Shown here piece by piece: positions 20,204 to 31,400 of a DNA stretch of 64,000 nucleotides. Numbering within the stretch: position 1 is the first letter of the stretch; each line of letters starts with the position of its first letter. Made by a program: the position numbers and the translations under genes. This stretch comes from Bacteroidota bacterium (GTDB lineage: Bacteria; Bacteroidota; Bacteroidia; Bacteroidales; Lentimicrobiaceae): positions 19,593-83,592 of the forward strand of contig JAEZDY010000022.1 of the NCBI GenBank assembly GCA_023417935.1, written 5' to 3'. Below the pieces are notes generated by a model, which saw only the letters and a list, made by a program, of their open reading frames with translations, was not told where the DNA came from and did not search any database.

Positions 20204-23200
20204 GCTCGATGGTTTTAAGATCTTTATTATTATGCACTGCATTCTCTCTCCACATCGCCTGGAACAGAGGTACAACAAATATGGTCATCACTTGTATTAT
20301 CATTCCACCAAACGTAGGAATAGCCATCGGAACCATAATGTCAGCCCCTTTACCGGTAGACGAAAGAACAGGCAGCAGTGCTATTACAGCTACTGCCGTT
20401 GTCATCATAGCAGGCCTTACTCGTTTTAGCCCTGCTTCAACCACTGCTTCGCGAACTTCATGCACTGTTGACGGCTGTCGTTCCTCAAAAACCTGGTGTA
20501 TATAAGTACCCATTAGCACCCCATCGTTGGTTGCTATCCCGAACAGTGCAATGAACCCTACCCAAACTGCCACACTAAGGTTGATGGTATGTATCTGGAA
20601 CATATCGCGGAGGTTAACCCCGGCAATTGCAAAATCCAGGAACCAGGGTTGGGAGTACAACCAGATCATAATAAATCCGCCGGCAAATGCTACGAAGACG
20701 CCCGAGAAGTGAATGAACGAAGCCGTTATAGTTTTAAACTGGAAAAATAGTAACAGGAAAATTATGATAAGGCTTATAGGTATTACAATTGATAGTCGCT
20801 TGGTTGCCCTGAGCTGCTGCTCATAGTTGCCGGCGAAGTTGTATGAAACACCCGGTGTTGTCTCAATTTCTCCTGATGAGGTCTTTTCCTGCAAAACTTT
20901 TGCAGCATCCTCAATAACATCCACTTCCGCTTTGCCCTCAATTTTATCGAAGATTACATACCCAACCAGAAATGTATTTTCACTTCTTATCATCTGGGCA
21001 CCACGTGTATATTCAATATCAACCAATTCTCCCAATGGCACCTGCACACCTGACATTGACGGTATAAGTATTCGCTTAAGGTCTTCAGGATTATCCCTCA
21101 ACTCCCTGGCATATCTTACCCTCATTGGGAAACGCTCGCGGCCTTCAACGGTATTTCCCAACGACATACCACCAATAGCTACCTGGAGTATTTCCTGTAC
21201 ATCGTTCACCGTCATGCCATATCTTGCCATGGCATCACGATTAAGTTTAATTTCTAAATACGGAGCTCCAACGGCCCTATCATAGAAAACTGATGATGCT
21301 TTGATAGATGGAACTTCCTTCAAAGCTTTTTCATACTGCATACCCGCTTTTTCTATGGTTTCAAGGTCAGGCCCGTAAATCTTGAGTCCCATCGGTGCAC
21401 GCATTCCCGTGGAAAGCATCACCAGTCTGGTTTCAATAGGCTGAAGTTTAGGTGCTGATGTAAGCCCCGGAATGTTGGTAACTTTCACTATCTCATCCCA
21501 TATGTCATTGGGGTTCTTAATGTGCGATCTCCATTGCCTGTAGTATTCTCCTTTGTTATCAGCAATCAAACTGTCGGCAGGAAATATTCTGAAGGCTTCG
21601 TTTTCCGGATTGTAAGTCCTTCCACTCTTCAACATGAAGTTGCCATCCCTGTCAACTTTAAACCTCATCCGATGGCCGTTCTCATCAAGGATATACTCTG
21701 ATCGGTAATTGATTGTATTTTCAAACATCTGCACAGGTGCAGGGTCAAGTGATGAATTCACTCGTCCCCATTTGCCTACCGCTATTTCAACTTCGGGAAT
21801 TGCAGTAAGCCTCTTGTCGAGGGTTTCAATATACTCCAGATTTTTGCTGATACTGGAGTGCGGCATACTGGTAGGCATCAGGAGGAATGATCCTTCATTC
21901 AGCGACGGCATAAACTCTTTGCCCGTTCCCGGGAAGGTTCTGACTGGTCCCTGCCACAAAGAAGTTTCCCTGAAAGTTTTCCATCCAATCCTCTGCAGAC
22001 CGTTGGCGGCAAACCCGAATATCTTATCAAACCCCTGCCATACAAGAAGGCCGAATAGCAAGGTGAAAGCAGGCAGGAGCAGGAATTTCCATTTATTCTC
22101 AAGCCCCCACCTAAGTATAGGCTCATAATAATGTACCAGCGACATAAGTGCCAGAAGGATTACAGCAATGATGATACCGACAAAAATGAAATTTGCGAAT
22201 CCTGAATTATGCGCCCCCAGTGGCAGCCATTCAACAGCCAGGTAAAATACAGCCACCAGCACTGTAATAGCAATGTTAATGTAATTTGCATACTCTTTCT
22301 TTGATTCAGGCCAGCGGGGTTCAAGCAGGTTATTGATTCCAATAAGAATAAGAGCCAATGCTACCCATGTTCCCCATGCGATAATCAGAAACAGGCCCCC
22401 GGCAATTAAAATGTAGTTGAAGCTCCTTCTTGCCTTTTTAGTATCAATCCTGATGTTAAAGAAAAGATAAACAAGGGTGGGTAATACAATAATACCCAGC
22501 AGGAATGCAGAGATCAGAGCAAAGGTTTTGGTGAATGCAAGTGGATGAAACAATTTACCTTCCTGTGCCTCCATAGCGAATACGGGAAGAAAGCTCACTA
22601 TAGTGGTTGCAATGGAAGTTACAACGGCAGCACGAACTTCAGTGGTGGCATCGTAAATAACTGACAAGAGTTTTTTGCCCCTGATTCCTTTATTTTCAGG
22701 CATTTCGAGGTGCCGAAGTATATTTTCAACATCCACAATGCCAATATCAACCATCACACCAATGGCTATAGCAATACCTGACAATGCTACAACATTTGCA
22801 TCAACCCCGAAGTATCGCATCAGGATAAAGGTCATTAACACCCCTATGGGCAACAACGCTGCAACTATCAGTGATGCCCTGAGGTTAAGCACCAATACAA
22901 TGATCACAATAATGCTAATGAGAATTTCGTGCGATAGTGCCGATTCAAGTGTTCCGATGGTTTCTTTAATCAGGCCGGTCCTGTCGTAAAAGGGGACTAT
23001 TGTAACTTTTGAAACACTACCGTCAGCCAGGGTTTTTTGAGGGAGTCCGCCTTCAATTTCCCTGATCTTTTCTTTCAGGTTGTTGATTACCTCAAGCGGG
23101 TTTGAACCATACCGGGCAACTACTACCGCACCAACTGCTTCTACCCCGGACTTATCAAGTCCGCCGCGACGGGTTGCAGGTCCAAAGGAGGTTACAGCAA

Positions 23201-24041
23201 TGTCCTTTATACGAACAGGAATATTATTGCGCACGGCAACAACTGAATTTTCAAGGTCACTCAGGTTTTTCACATAACCCAGTCCCCTGATGATATACTC
23301 AACACTGTTCAGTTCAATGGTTTCAGCTCCTATGTCGAGGTTACTCTTACTTACGGCGTTCATAACATCCATCACCGTAACTCCATAGGCTTTCATGGCT
23401 TCAGGATTGATGTCAACCTGGTATTCCTTTGTAAATCCTCCCACTGAAGCAACCTCTGCAACTCCTTCTGCTGTAGCCAATCCATATTTTACATAGAAAT
23501 CCTGGATGGTGCGCAGCTCTTCAGGACTCCATCCACCAGAAGGTAAGCCTGTTGAAGGATTGCGACCTTCAAGGGTATACCAGTATATCTGTCCGAGTGC
23601 AGTGGCATCAGGGCCAAGAGTAGGGGAGACACCCTCCGGTAATGTTCCGGCTGGTAGTGAATTGAGTTTCTCAAGAATACGTGTTCGGCTCCAGTAAAAT
23701 TCAATGTCATCTTTGAAGATGATATAAATGAACGACATGCCAAACATGGAAGTACTACGTATCGTTCTAACTCCGGGAATCCCCAGCATTGCAGTTGTCA
23801 ATGGATAAGTAATCTGATCCTGTATATCCCTGGGCGATCGTCCCATCCACTCTGTGGCCACGATCTGTTGGTTGTCCCCAATATCCGGAATAGCATCAAC
23901 GGGAACCGGATTGCGTGGTAGAAAGCCTGTTTCCCAGCTAAATGGAGAATAGCTGATGCCAAGGCCAATAAAAGCAATCAGGATAAGAAAGGTAATCAGC
24001 CTGTTCTCCAGAAAATATTTGACCAATCGGTTAAATATCAT
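20196..24041 (-). CDS. cusA: CusA/CzcA-family heavy-metal RND permease
   Basis: VDAIPDIGDNQQIV, LGPDATALGQ, GKLFHPLAFTKT and KRVRPAMMT motifs. Confidence 0.95.
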   Translation of the reverse strand: MIFNRLVKYFLENRLITFLILIAFIGLGISYSPFSWETGFLPRNPVPVDAIPDIGDNQQIVATEWMGRSPRDIQDQITYPLTTAMLGIPGVRTIRSTSMFGMSFIYIIFKDDIEFYWSRTRILEKLNSLPAGTLPEGVSPTLGPDATALGQIYWYTLEGRNPSTGLPSGGWSPEELRTIQDFYVKYGLATAEGVAEVASVGGFTKEYQVDINPEAMKAYGVTVMDVMNAVSKSNLDIGAETIELNSVEYIIRGLGYVKNLSDLENSVVAVRNNIPVRIKDIAVTSFGPATRRGGLDKSGVEAVGAVVVARYGSNPLEVINNLKEKIREIEGGLPQKTLADGSVSKVTIVPFYDRTGLIKETIGTLESALSHEILISIIVIIVLVLNLRASLIVAALLPIGVLMTFILMRYFGVDANVVALSGIAIAIGVMVDIGIVDVENILRHLEMPENKGIRGKKLLSVIYDATTEVRAAVVTSIATTIVSFLPVFAMEAQEGKLFHPLAFTKTFALISAFLLGIIVLPTLVYLFFNIRIDTKKARRSFNYILIAGGLFLIIAWGTWVALALILIGINNLLEPRWPESKKEYANYINIAITVLVAVFYLAVEWLPLGAHNSGFANFIFVGIIIAVILLALMSLVHYYEPILRWGLENKWKFLLLPAFTLLFGLLVWQGFDKIFGFAANGLQRIGWKTFRETSLWQGPVRTFPGTGKEFMPSLNEGSFLLMPTSMPHSSISKNLEYIETLDKRLTAIPEVEIAVGKWGRVNSSLDPAPVQMFENTINYRSEYILDENGHRMRFKVDRDGNFMLKSGRTYNPENEAFRIFPADSLIADNKGEYYRQWRSHIKNPNDIWDEIVKVTNIPGLTSAPKLQPIETRLVMLSTGMRAPMGLKIYGPDLETIEKAGMQYEKALKEVPSIKASSVFYDRAVGAPYLEIKLNRDAMARYGMTVNDVQEILQVAIGGMSLGNTVEGRERFPMRVRYARELRDNPEDLKRILIPSMSGVQVPLGELVDIEYTRGAQMIRSENTFLVGYVIFDKIEGKAEVDVIEDAAKVLQEKTSSGEIETTPGVSYNFAGNYEQQLRATKRLSIVIPISLIIIFLLLFFQFKTITASFIHFSGVFVAFAGGFIMIWLYSQPWFLDFAIAGVNLRDMFQIHTINLSVAVWVGFIALFGIATNDGVLMGTYIHQVFEERQPSTVHEVREAVVEAGLKRVRPAMMTTAVAVIALLPVLSSTGKGADIMVPMAIPTFGGMIIQVMTIFVVPLFQAMWRENAVHNNKDLKTIEHD

Positions 24042-24134
24042 TGACTAAAAGGATTTTAATTCATTGCATAAGTATTAAGTACTAAATGAATTAAAATGTT
24101 CCGGGCAGTGAGTTAATTTTGGTTTTGCAAGCAT

Positions 24135-24161
24135 AAAAAAGAGACGGCATAAAGCCGTCTC
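24135..24161 (-). terminator. Intrinsic terminator
   Basis: GAGACGGC/GCCGTCTC stem with A6 on the plus strand (U tail on minus). Confidence 0.75.
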
Positions 24162-24190
24162 ATCCTAGGTTGGCCGGGGGTGACCTTAAC

Positions 24191-27100
24191 CTATCTCATG
24201 AATAACTTCTGGGAATATACAACCCCATTACTCATAAACCGGGCAACATAAACCCCTGCCGGCACATTGATGCTGATTTCCCCATGACCTGTGAGATCTT
24301 GTTTAACCATTATTTTTCCTTGAAGGTTTAAGAGCGTGAAAGTGTATTTTTCACTATCAGTTGGGCGCACAGAGATTGTACTTCCGTTGTACCATATACC
24401 GGCTAATGGGGTTAGAATGTTGGTTGTATTGATGGTTTGCAGGTTAATGAAGAGCACTTCACCAACGCCTCCTGCCGGATTGCGTGTATCGGTCATTCCC
24501 CACACACCTGTGGGCATTCCGTAAGTGTTCACCAACGAGCGGTTTTCATTGGAGTAAACTTTTATGATCTGCACACCTTCAGAGTTAGTGTTTGGTACAA
24601 TACCTCCCCATGAACCGTTTTCTCCTGCAACAATATTGGCATAAAAAGGTGCATATACTCCGGTAGCAGCGAAGTCAATGCCTGTTGTTTCAATACTTGT
24701 TCCAAAGAGCGGACGTTCATTAGAATTGTAGAGGAATACAAAGTCGCCTGCAGCATCATAACTTGTGCCCCTTATGGCAGTACCGCCGTTAACACCTGGC
24801 TCTGTTGTGAATTCTAACACAGTTGTATAATCAGCACTGGTTAGGTATTTGTCAATATCGGTTCCTTCATTTCCATCGTTTATCATTACACGCATGTATA
24901 GTTGGTTTCCAATAGCAAACCGTTGGTTATTCACCGGCTCAAGCATAAACCAGCCTGTATAGTTGCCATCATTATCAGTAATGAATTCACCATACTGCCC
25001 CGGGGTCCCTAGTGAATTACCGGTGGTGCGGGCAAATGTTCCGTCAGCATTCACTAGTATAGGATAACCTACACCTGTGTATGTAGCCTCGTCTGATTCC
25101 ACCACAGCCTTATTGTAATATCGGTATGTAGATGAAGGGTTCAGATTTTCAAGTGTTGCCCTGAAAGCCAGTGGAACACGGTTATTGTTGCTTTCGCCTC
25201 CTTGTATATAAATTGGCAACAATACATCAGCCAATTGTGGTTGAGGTGGAAGTTGTACTGATCCGCTGAGTGCTGTTGAAGCTGCATCCACACCACCACC
25301 ACTGTGAATTATGTTTTCGTTGTATGCTCCTGCCACTAAACCGGCTACCAGCCTTGTATAGATAGTTAATGGTTGTGCGGTGATAATGCCATCAGCAAAA
25401 GGCACCTGCAATGAAGCTACAAAGGTTGTATTATCAAGTGACAATTCATAACTATCGGGAGCGGTAACATCAATATTGCCGCTTCCTACCAGGTTCCCGG
25501 CAGTTAATACATACGATAGTGATTCAGAGGGACCATTCTGTTCAATATAACTGAACCCTGATAGTGAATCGGGTGTTGCGGTTATTGCAGGAACAGGGGG
25601 AGGCAGCAGGTCAAGCACCAGTTCGTTGGCATCACCACCCACCGGGTTACGGGTGTCGGTTTCTCCCCACACACCATTGGCAGAAGTCCAAAAAGTAACA
25701 ACACTTCCATCAGTAAGACTACGTTCCTCAATTCTTAGTACACCTGAAGGAAGCACATTGGGTATTATGCCTCCCCAGGAACCGTTGGTGGCCGCAACCT
25801 CTGCAGTATAGAAGTCAACATACGAACCCGCAGCATCATAGTCAATACCTGTGGTTTCAATACTTGTGGTAAACAATGGCCTGCCGGTGCCTGCCTCGTT
25901 GTTGAACAGGTAAATCATATTACCTGAAGCTGAAGCAGATACAGCCCTAATGCCTGTTCCGGTATCTGGATCATTGTCAGTTCCAAAGTTAATTACTGAT
26001 GCAGCAGTAGAAGTAGTGAGCCTGTAAGCACAAGTAGTGCCGCCATTACCATTGTTAAGCATCAGTCGCATATGTAGTGTATTACCCGGTGTAAAGCGGG
26101 CATCACCTGTTGATTCAATCATCAGCCAGCCGCTCCATGCACCTGTTTCATCAGCTGTTAGTTCTCCATAACCGGCAGTCATTGTAGGCGTTTCAGACCT
26201 TGAGAATATGCCCGTGCTGTTAGCTATGATCATTGTCCCTGCACCATCAGCATCAGGCAGGTCGCTTTCAAGTACTGCACCGTTGTAGTAACGGTAAGTA
26301 GCACCTGGCACCAGATTGTTGATACTCATATAAAATGCCATGGGTACTCGCTGTGCATTCGTTCCGTTTATTCCCTGCATGTATTCTGGTACAACTTCCG
26401 AAGCTAATACCGGCGCAGGAGCAGTTACCTGTCCTGAACAGGTCACGCTTACCTGGGGAGCGTTACCCCCCGAGTGTGTAATTGTTTCATTGTTGTAATT
26501 ACCAAAGGCCAGACCGGCTTTTAATCTTACATGAATGGTAACCGGCTGGTTGGTAATTACACCTCCTGCATAAGGTAAGGCAACACTGGTTAACCAGTTA
26601 GTACCATCTGTTGATATCTCAAAACTGGCAGGAGCTTCTATGTTGATATTGCCTGTTCCTATAAGTTCTGAAGCACTTACAGTATAAGTTTGTGATGTTG
26701 AAGGACCATTACCAAGCAGGTAACTGAATCCGGTTAAGGTTACTGGTGTAACAGTAATTTCTGATAATGGTGTAAGGTCAAGAACAAGAACATTATTTAT
26801 GCCACCAGCGGGATTCACCGTATTGGTGGTTCCCCACATACCATCGGGCGAAGTATTGGCATTAACAATTGTACCATTGGCCAGACTGCGTTCTTCAACA
26901 CGCTTTACCCCTAAGGCATTTACATTCGGGACTATAGCCCCCCATGCACCATTAACTCCGGCCACTGAGGTCTGGAAGAATGATGAATATAACAGTGTGG
27001 AAAAATCAATGCCTGTGCTTTCAACACTTGTGCCGCATAGCGGTCTGCCTGTACCAGCTTCATTGTCGTAAAGCACTGAGAAATTCTTTTGTGTCGCCAT

Positions 27101-28234
27101 GGACTCTCCCCTTATAGCTGTGCCGTCAATGCCGGTAGTTCCTTCCGAAAAGCCAAGCACTGTAACACTTTCAGCAGTTGTGAGGTAGTGAACTGCAGTG
27201 GTGCCGCCAGCCCCATCGTTCAACCGTATGCGCATAAATACCTGGTTGCCCGGCGTGAACCGGGTGTTTGTGGTTGGCTCGGTAATAAACCAACCTGTAT
27301 AATTTCCTGAAGCATCTGTTGTAAACTCACCATATTCACCGGCAGTAGTAAATGAGCCAACAGCTGATCGTGTAAAAGTACCATTGGAACTAACATAGAT
27401 TATAGCACCAGCACCTGCTGCAGTAGCATTATCGGTACCAGTAACTGCCATGTTGATATAGCGGTAGGTGGTTGAAGGCAACAAGTAACTGATGGTTGCC
27501 CTGAAAGCAAATGGCAGTCGGTTGTTGGCAGGTGTATTACCACTCATAAACTGAGGCATCAGAACAGAAGTGATTACCGGTGTGGGACTCCCTGCTGTGC
27601 CTGAAAAAGTAACATTCTCAAACCTTATTGTTCCGTCAGTGGCATAAGAACCTGCTGTTCCGGCATAATCAATGCCATCGGCAAATTCAGTCACCAACCT
27701 GATTGCAAAGTTGGGGTTCTGGTTAACACCTGATATAGCACTGAAGTCAGCACTTCTAAAATACCAATCCGTAGCCGCGGTAATATATCTCCCAGCATCA
27801 AATCCTGCAGGCGTGCCATCATTTATATTGGTTGCATTGCTACTGGTTGCTACAAAGTCCAGCCAGTCGGTACCGTTAAGCGTATATTTCAGCCTGGTAC
27901 GGTTGGCCGCTGTATTGCTATTGCGGTTTTCCCATGATACCAGTATGCTGTTGAAACCCAGCGTTGATACACTGAATTGCACACCGGCAGTTCCGCTTGC
28001 TGTTCCCTGAACAGGGTAACCGGTAGTGCTCCATGCATAAAGGGCAGGATTTCCTGTTGCATAAGAACCGGTGGTTCCTCCTATGGTGGCAGCAGTTCCG
28101 CCTCCCGTTGAAGGTGTAAGGTTCTGCTGGTCAAAGTTCCACTGTGCAATGGTTGTCTGGGCTCGTACCGGCATAATACCGGCAAACATTATTATGGCAA
28201 GTAATAACGGAATTAAAAAGTAGTTTTTTTTCAT
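24191..28234 (-). CDS. Large secreted (T9SS-like CTD) protein with 3 copies of an uncharacterised ~270-aa domain
   Basis: Signal peptide; repeats begin PQFMSG, PEYMQG and PIYIQG; C-terminal AGVYVARF...KLFMR. Confidence 0.85.
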   Translation of the reverse strand: MKKNYFLIPLLLAIIMFAGIMPVRAQTTIAQWNFDQQNLTPSTGGGTAATIGGTTGSYATGNPALYAWSTTGYPVQGTASGTAGVQFSVSTLGFNSILVSWENRNSNTAANRTRLKYTLNGTDWLDFVATSSNATNINDGTPAGFDAGRYITAATDWYFRSADFSAISGVNQNPNFAIRLVTEFADGIDYAGTAGSYATDGTIRFENVTFSGTAGSPTPVITSVLMPQFMSGNTPANNRLPFAFRATISYLLPSTTYRYINMAVTGTDNATAAGAGAIIYVSSNGTFTRSAVGSFTTAGEYGEFTTDASGNYTGWFITEPTTNTRFTPGNQVFMRIRLNDGAGGTTAVHYLTTAESVTVLGFSEGTTGIDGTAIRGESMATQKNFSVLYDNEAGTGRPLCGTSVESTGIDFSTLLYSSFFQTSVAGVNGAWGAIVPNVNALGVKRVEERSLANGTIVNANTSPDGMWGTTNTVNPAGGINNVLVLDLTPLSEITVTPVTLTGFSYLLGNGPSTSQTYTVSASELIGTGNINIEAPASFEISTDGTNWLTSVALPYAGGVITNQPVTIHVRLKAGLAFGNYNNETITHSGGNAPQVSVTCSGQVTAPAPVLASEVVPEYMQGINGTNAQRVPMAFYMSINNLVPGATYRYYNGAVLESDLPDADGAGTMIIANSTGIFSRSETPTMTAGYGELTADETGAWSGWLMIESTGDARFTPGNTLHMRLMLNNGNGGTTCAYRLTTSTAASVINFGTDNDPDTGTGIRAVSASASGNMIYLFNNEAGTGRPLFTTSIETTGIDYDAAGSYVDFYTAEVAATNGSWGGIIPNVLPSGVLRIEERSLTDGSVVTFWTSANGVWGETDTRNPVGGDANELVLDLLPPPVPAITATPDSLSGFSYIEQNGPSESLSYVLTAGNLVGSGNIDVTAPDSYELSLDNTTFVASLQVPFADGIITAQPLTIYTRLVAGLVAGAYNENIIHSGGGVDAASTALSGSVQLPPQPQLADVLLPIYIQGGESNNNRVPLAFRATLENLNPSSTYRYYNKAVVESDEATYTGVGYPILVNADGTFARTTGNSLGTPGQYGEFITDNDGNYTGWFMLEPVNNQRFAIGNQLYMRVMINDGNEGTDIDKYLTSADYTTVLEFTTEPGVNGGTAIRGTSYDAAGDFVFLYNSNERPLFGTSIETTGIDFAATGVYAPFYANIVAGENGSWGGIVPNTNSEGVQIIKVYSNENRSLVNTYGMPTGVWGMTDTRNPAGGVGEVLFINLQTINTTNILTPLAGIWYNGSTISVRPTDSEKYTFTLLNLQGKIMVKQDLTGHGEISINVPAGVYVARFMSNGVVYSQKLFMR

Positions 28235-28371
28235 GGCTTATAATTTTTGTTACTCAACATATATGTCCTGATACCCCGCGTAGCAGAAGATATATCTTAC
28301 CCAATTTATTGGTAAGTATATGTTAATCAGAAAAAAGCCTGAAAGGTAACCCCCTGTAGTGGTTTTTTACT

Positions 28372-28411
28372 AAAAAAATTAACCCCGCCGCTTTACAGGC
28401 AGGGTTAATTT
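28372..28411 (-). terminator. Intrinsic terminator
   Basis: AAATTAACCC...GGGTTAATTT stem with an A run on plus. Confidence 0.6.
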
Positions 28412-28480
28412 CTATTAGTCAGAGTGTTTTTGTTCCTTCATTCCGGTTCAATTAACCGGATAAAGTGGTTCTAACAAACT

Positions 28481-31400
28481 TTACTTAATAAATAATTTAA
28501 CAGCATGTACGCCGCTATTGTGCTGCAGGCGAATAATATACACACCGGCAGGCATCTGACTGCGGATCACACTGTTACCATTTAATGAATAGTTTGCCAT
28601 ACGGCTTCCGCTAAGGTTCCATATGCTCAGGTTATAAGTACCTGTAACAGCAGGTTCTACAACTATCTCGTTTCCACGACTCCATATCCTGCCGAAATCT
28701 ACCGCAAGGTCATTAACCGAAATCACTTTGAGGTTGAGGAATAGTGCTGAGTCCACACCACCAGTTGGGTTGCGGGTGTCAGTACCTGCCCATATACCTG
28801 ATGGTACAGTGTAGGTTTTAACTACTGAACCGTCGGCATTGGAATGCACGTTGATCATCTGGATACCGTTGGCATTTACATTGGGCACAATGCCACCCCA
28901 TGATCCGCTTACCCCGCTGATGTCCTCACAGTAGAATGGCGCATAAACTCCGGGACTGCAAAAGTCAATACCGCTACTCTCGATGTGGGTTCCGTATAAT
29001 GGACGTGATGTGCTGTCAACATTATCATAAAGGAATACAAAGTCGCCTGGTGCATCATTGCTGATTGCATGTACAGCCGTTCCCATAGTAGGCAATGATT
29101 CAGTACCGAACTGCAGCACAGTAACAGCTTCTTCAGAAGTGTATCTGGCATCAACTGTTGTACCTTCATTCCCATCGTTCAAAACAATACGCATGTACAA
29201 TTGATTGCCCGGCGTGAACCTGTCGTTGCCTGAAGGCTCGGTAATTAGCCATCCACTCCAGCTACCTGAACTATCGGTGGTGAATTCACCATACTGTCCC
29301 GGGGTATCAAGGGATGTGGAGGTAGTGCGTGCGAATGTTCCATCGGCATTGGCAAAAATAGTATTACCGGCACCATTGAAATCAGGTGCATCAGTTGATA
29401 ATACTACCTTGTTGTAATAGCGATATGTTGCATCAGGCATCAGGTAACTCAATGTTACATGGTATGCAAAAGGTATCCTGTTGATGTTGGTACCATTGAC
29501 ACCTTCCATGTATTGTGGCAGAATGATGGATGAAATGCCCGGTAAGGCTGATGTGGTAACAGTACCACTAACAGTTACAGTAGCCTCAGGTGCACCACCG
29601 CCTGTATTGGTGATTACTTCATTATTATACTCGCCCATTGGCAGACCTATGCGTAAGCGCACATAGATGTTTACAGGCTGACCTGTAACTACACCATCAG
29701 CAAACGGCACTTCGAGCCCGGAAGTATATACTGCATCGTCAAGCGATACTTCGTAATTTTCAGAAGCAGTAACCACTATGTTGCCGGCACCTTCAAGGTC
29801 GATGCCACTTAAAGTGTAAACCTGTGATGTTGATGGACCATTTGATTCCACGTAAGTGAAACCAGTAAGCGTTGAAGGTACTACAGTTAACGTAGGTTCT
29901 CCTGTTGGCATAAGGTCAATAACAAGTTCAGTATCCTCACCTCCCAGTGGGTTACGGGTATCCACATTACCCCATACGCCGTTGGTTGATGTCCACACGT
30001 TAACCAATAAACCGGTGGTGCGGCTGAGTTCTTCAATACGGCGAACACCTTCGGGCATCACATTGGGCACAATACCGCCCCATGAACCATTTACTCCCGA
30101 TACATCTGAACCATAGAAATCAGCATAATTGTTGAAAGTGTTGTAAGGTATACCGGTAGTTTCAATACTTGAACTATAAAGTGGCTGACCTGTTCCGGCC
30201 TCATTACCGTAGATATAAACCATGTTTCCTGGCGTTGCAGGTGAAATGCCACGTATACCTGTTCCGGTAACGTCATTATAAGCCTGACCGAAGTTAACCA
30301 CGCTTGCTGAAGCATCGGTTGTAATCCTTACAGCAACAGAAGTTCCACCCATACCATTATTTAGCATGATACGCATGTGAAGGTCGTTGCCCGGTGTAAA
30401 CCTGTTATCACCGGTTGACTCAACCATAAACCAGCCACTGTAGTTACCCATATTATCAGCAGTGAATTCACCATATTGTCCTGAAGTACCCATTGAATTG
30501 GTGGTAGTACGTGTAAAAGTACCGTCAGCGTTCACTAAAATGGTAACACCGGCACCATCGGCTGTGATATCATCTGTGGCAAGTACCGCTTTGTTATAAT
30601 AACGATAAGTAGCGTTAGGCTTCAGGTATGAAATAGTTGCATAGAATGACAATGGCAAACGTTGGTTGTTCGTACCGTTAACACCCTGGATATAAGCTGG
30701 AACAGTTTCTGCCAGAATTTCAGGTGTAAGGTGAATTACCAATACAGAATCAATGCCGTATGCCGGGTTACGTGTATCAGTTAAACCCCATATACCGTCG
30801 GCCGATGTCTCAAAGCTAACGATAGCGCCACCGTTAAGTGCACGTTCTTCAATACGCATTACACCATTGTTGTTCACATTGGGAATAATGCCACCCCATG
30901 CACCGTCGTGTCCTGAAACAAATGTTTTGTAGAAAGCAGGATACTGGTTTATAGTTGTAAAGTCAATACCTGTTGTTTCAATGCTGGTAGCAAACAATGG
31001 TCTTCCGGCTCCGGTTTGGTTATCATAAAGCACTGCAAAGTTTTTGGAGTTTGCCAATGATGTAGCACGTACTGCAGTACCATCCATGTCTGTAGTACCG
31101 GTTCCAAACTGAAGCACATGAACAGTTTCTGTGGTAGTAAGATAATGAACAGCCGATGTACCGCCGGCACCATTGTTCAGGCGAATACGCATGTGCAGGT
31201 TGTTACCCGGTGCAAAGCGTTCATTGCCCGATGGTTCGATAATAAACCACCCTGTATATGAGCCTGCACCATTTGTAGTAAACTCACCATACTGTCCGGC
31301 AGTTGAAAAACTACCTGTTGTACTGCGTGTAAAAGTGCCATCGGCATTTACAAAGATCAATACACCGGCACCGGAGTATGTAGGTGCGTCGGTGCTATAA

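Noticed and set aside
20204..20278. Extended TolC N-terminus; similar over-long starts for S8, pstS, pstB and the holin-like gene
   Set aside because: Downstream ATGs give proper signal peptides or operon coupling.
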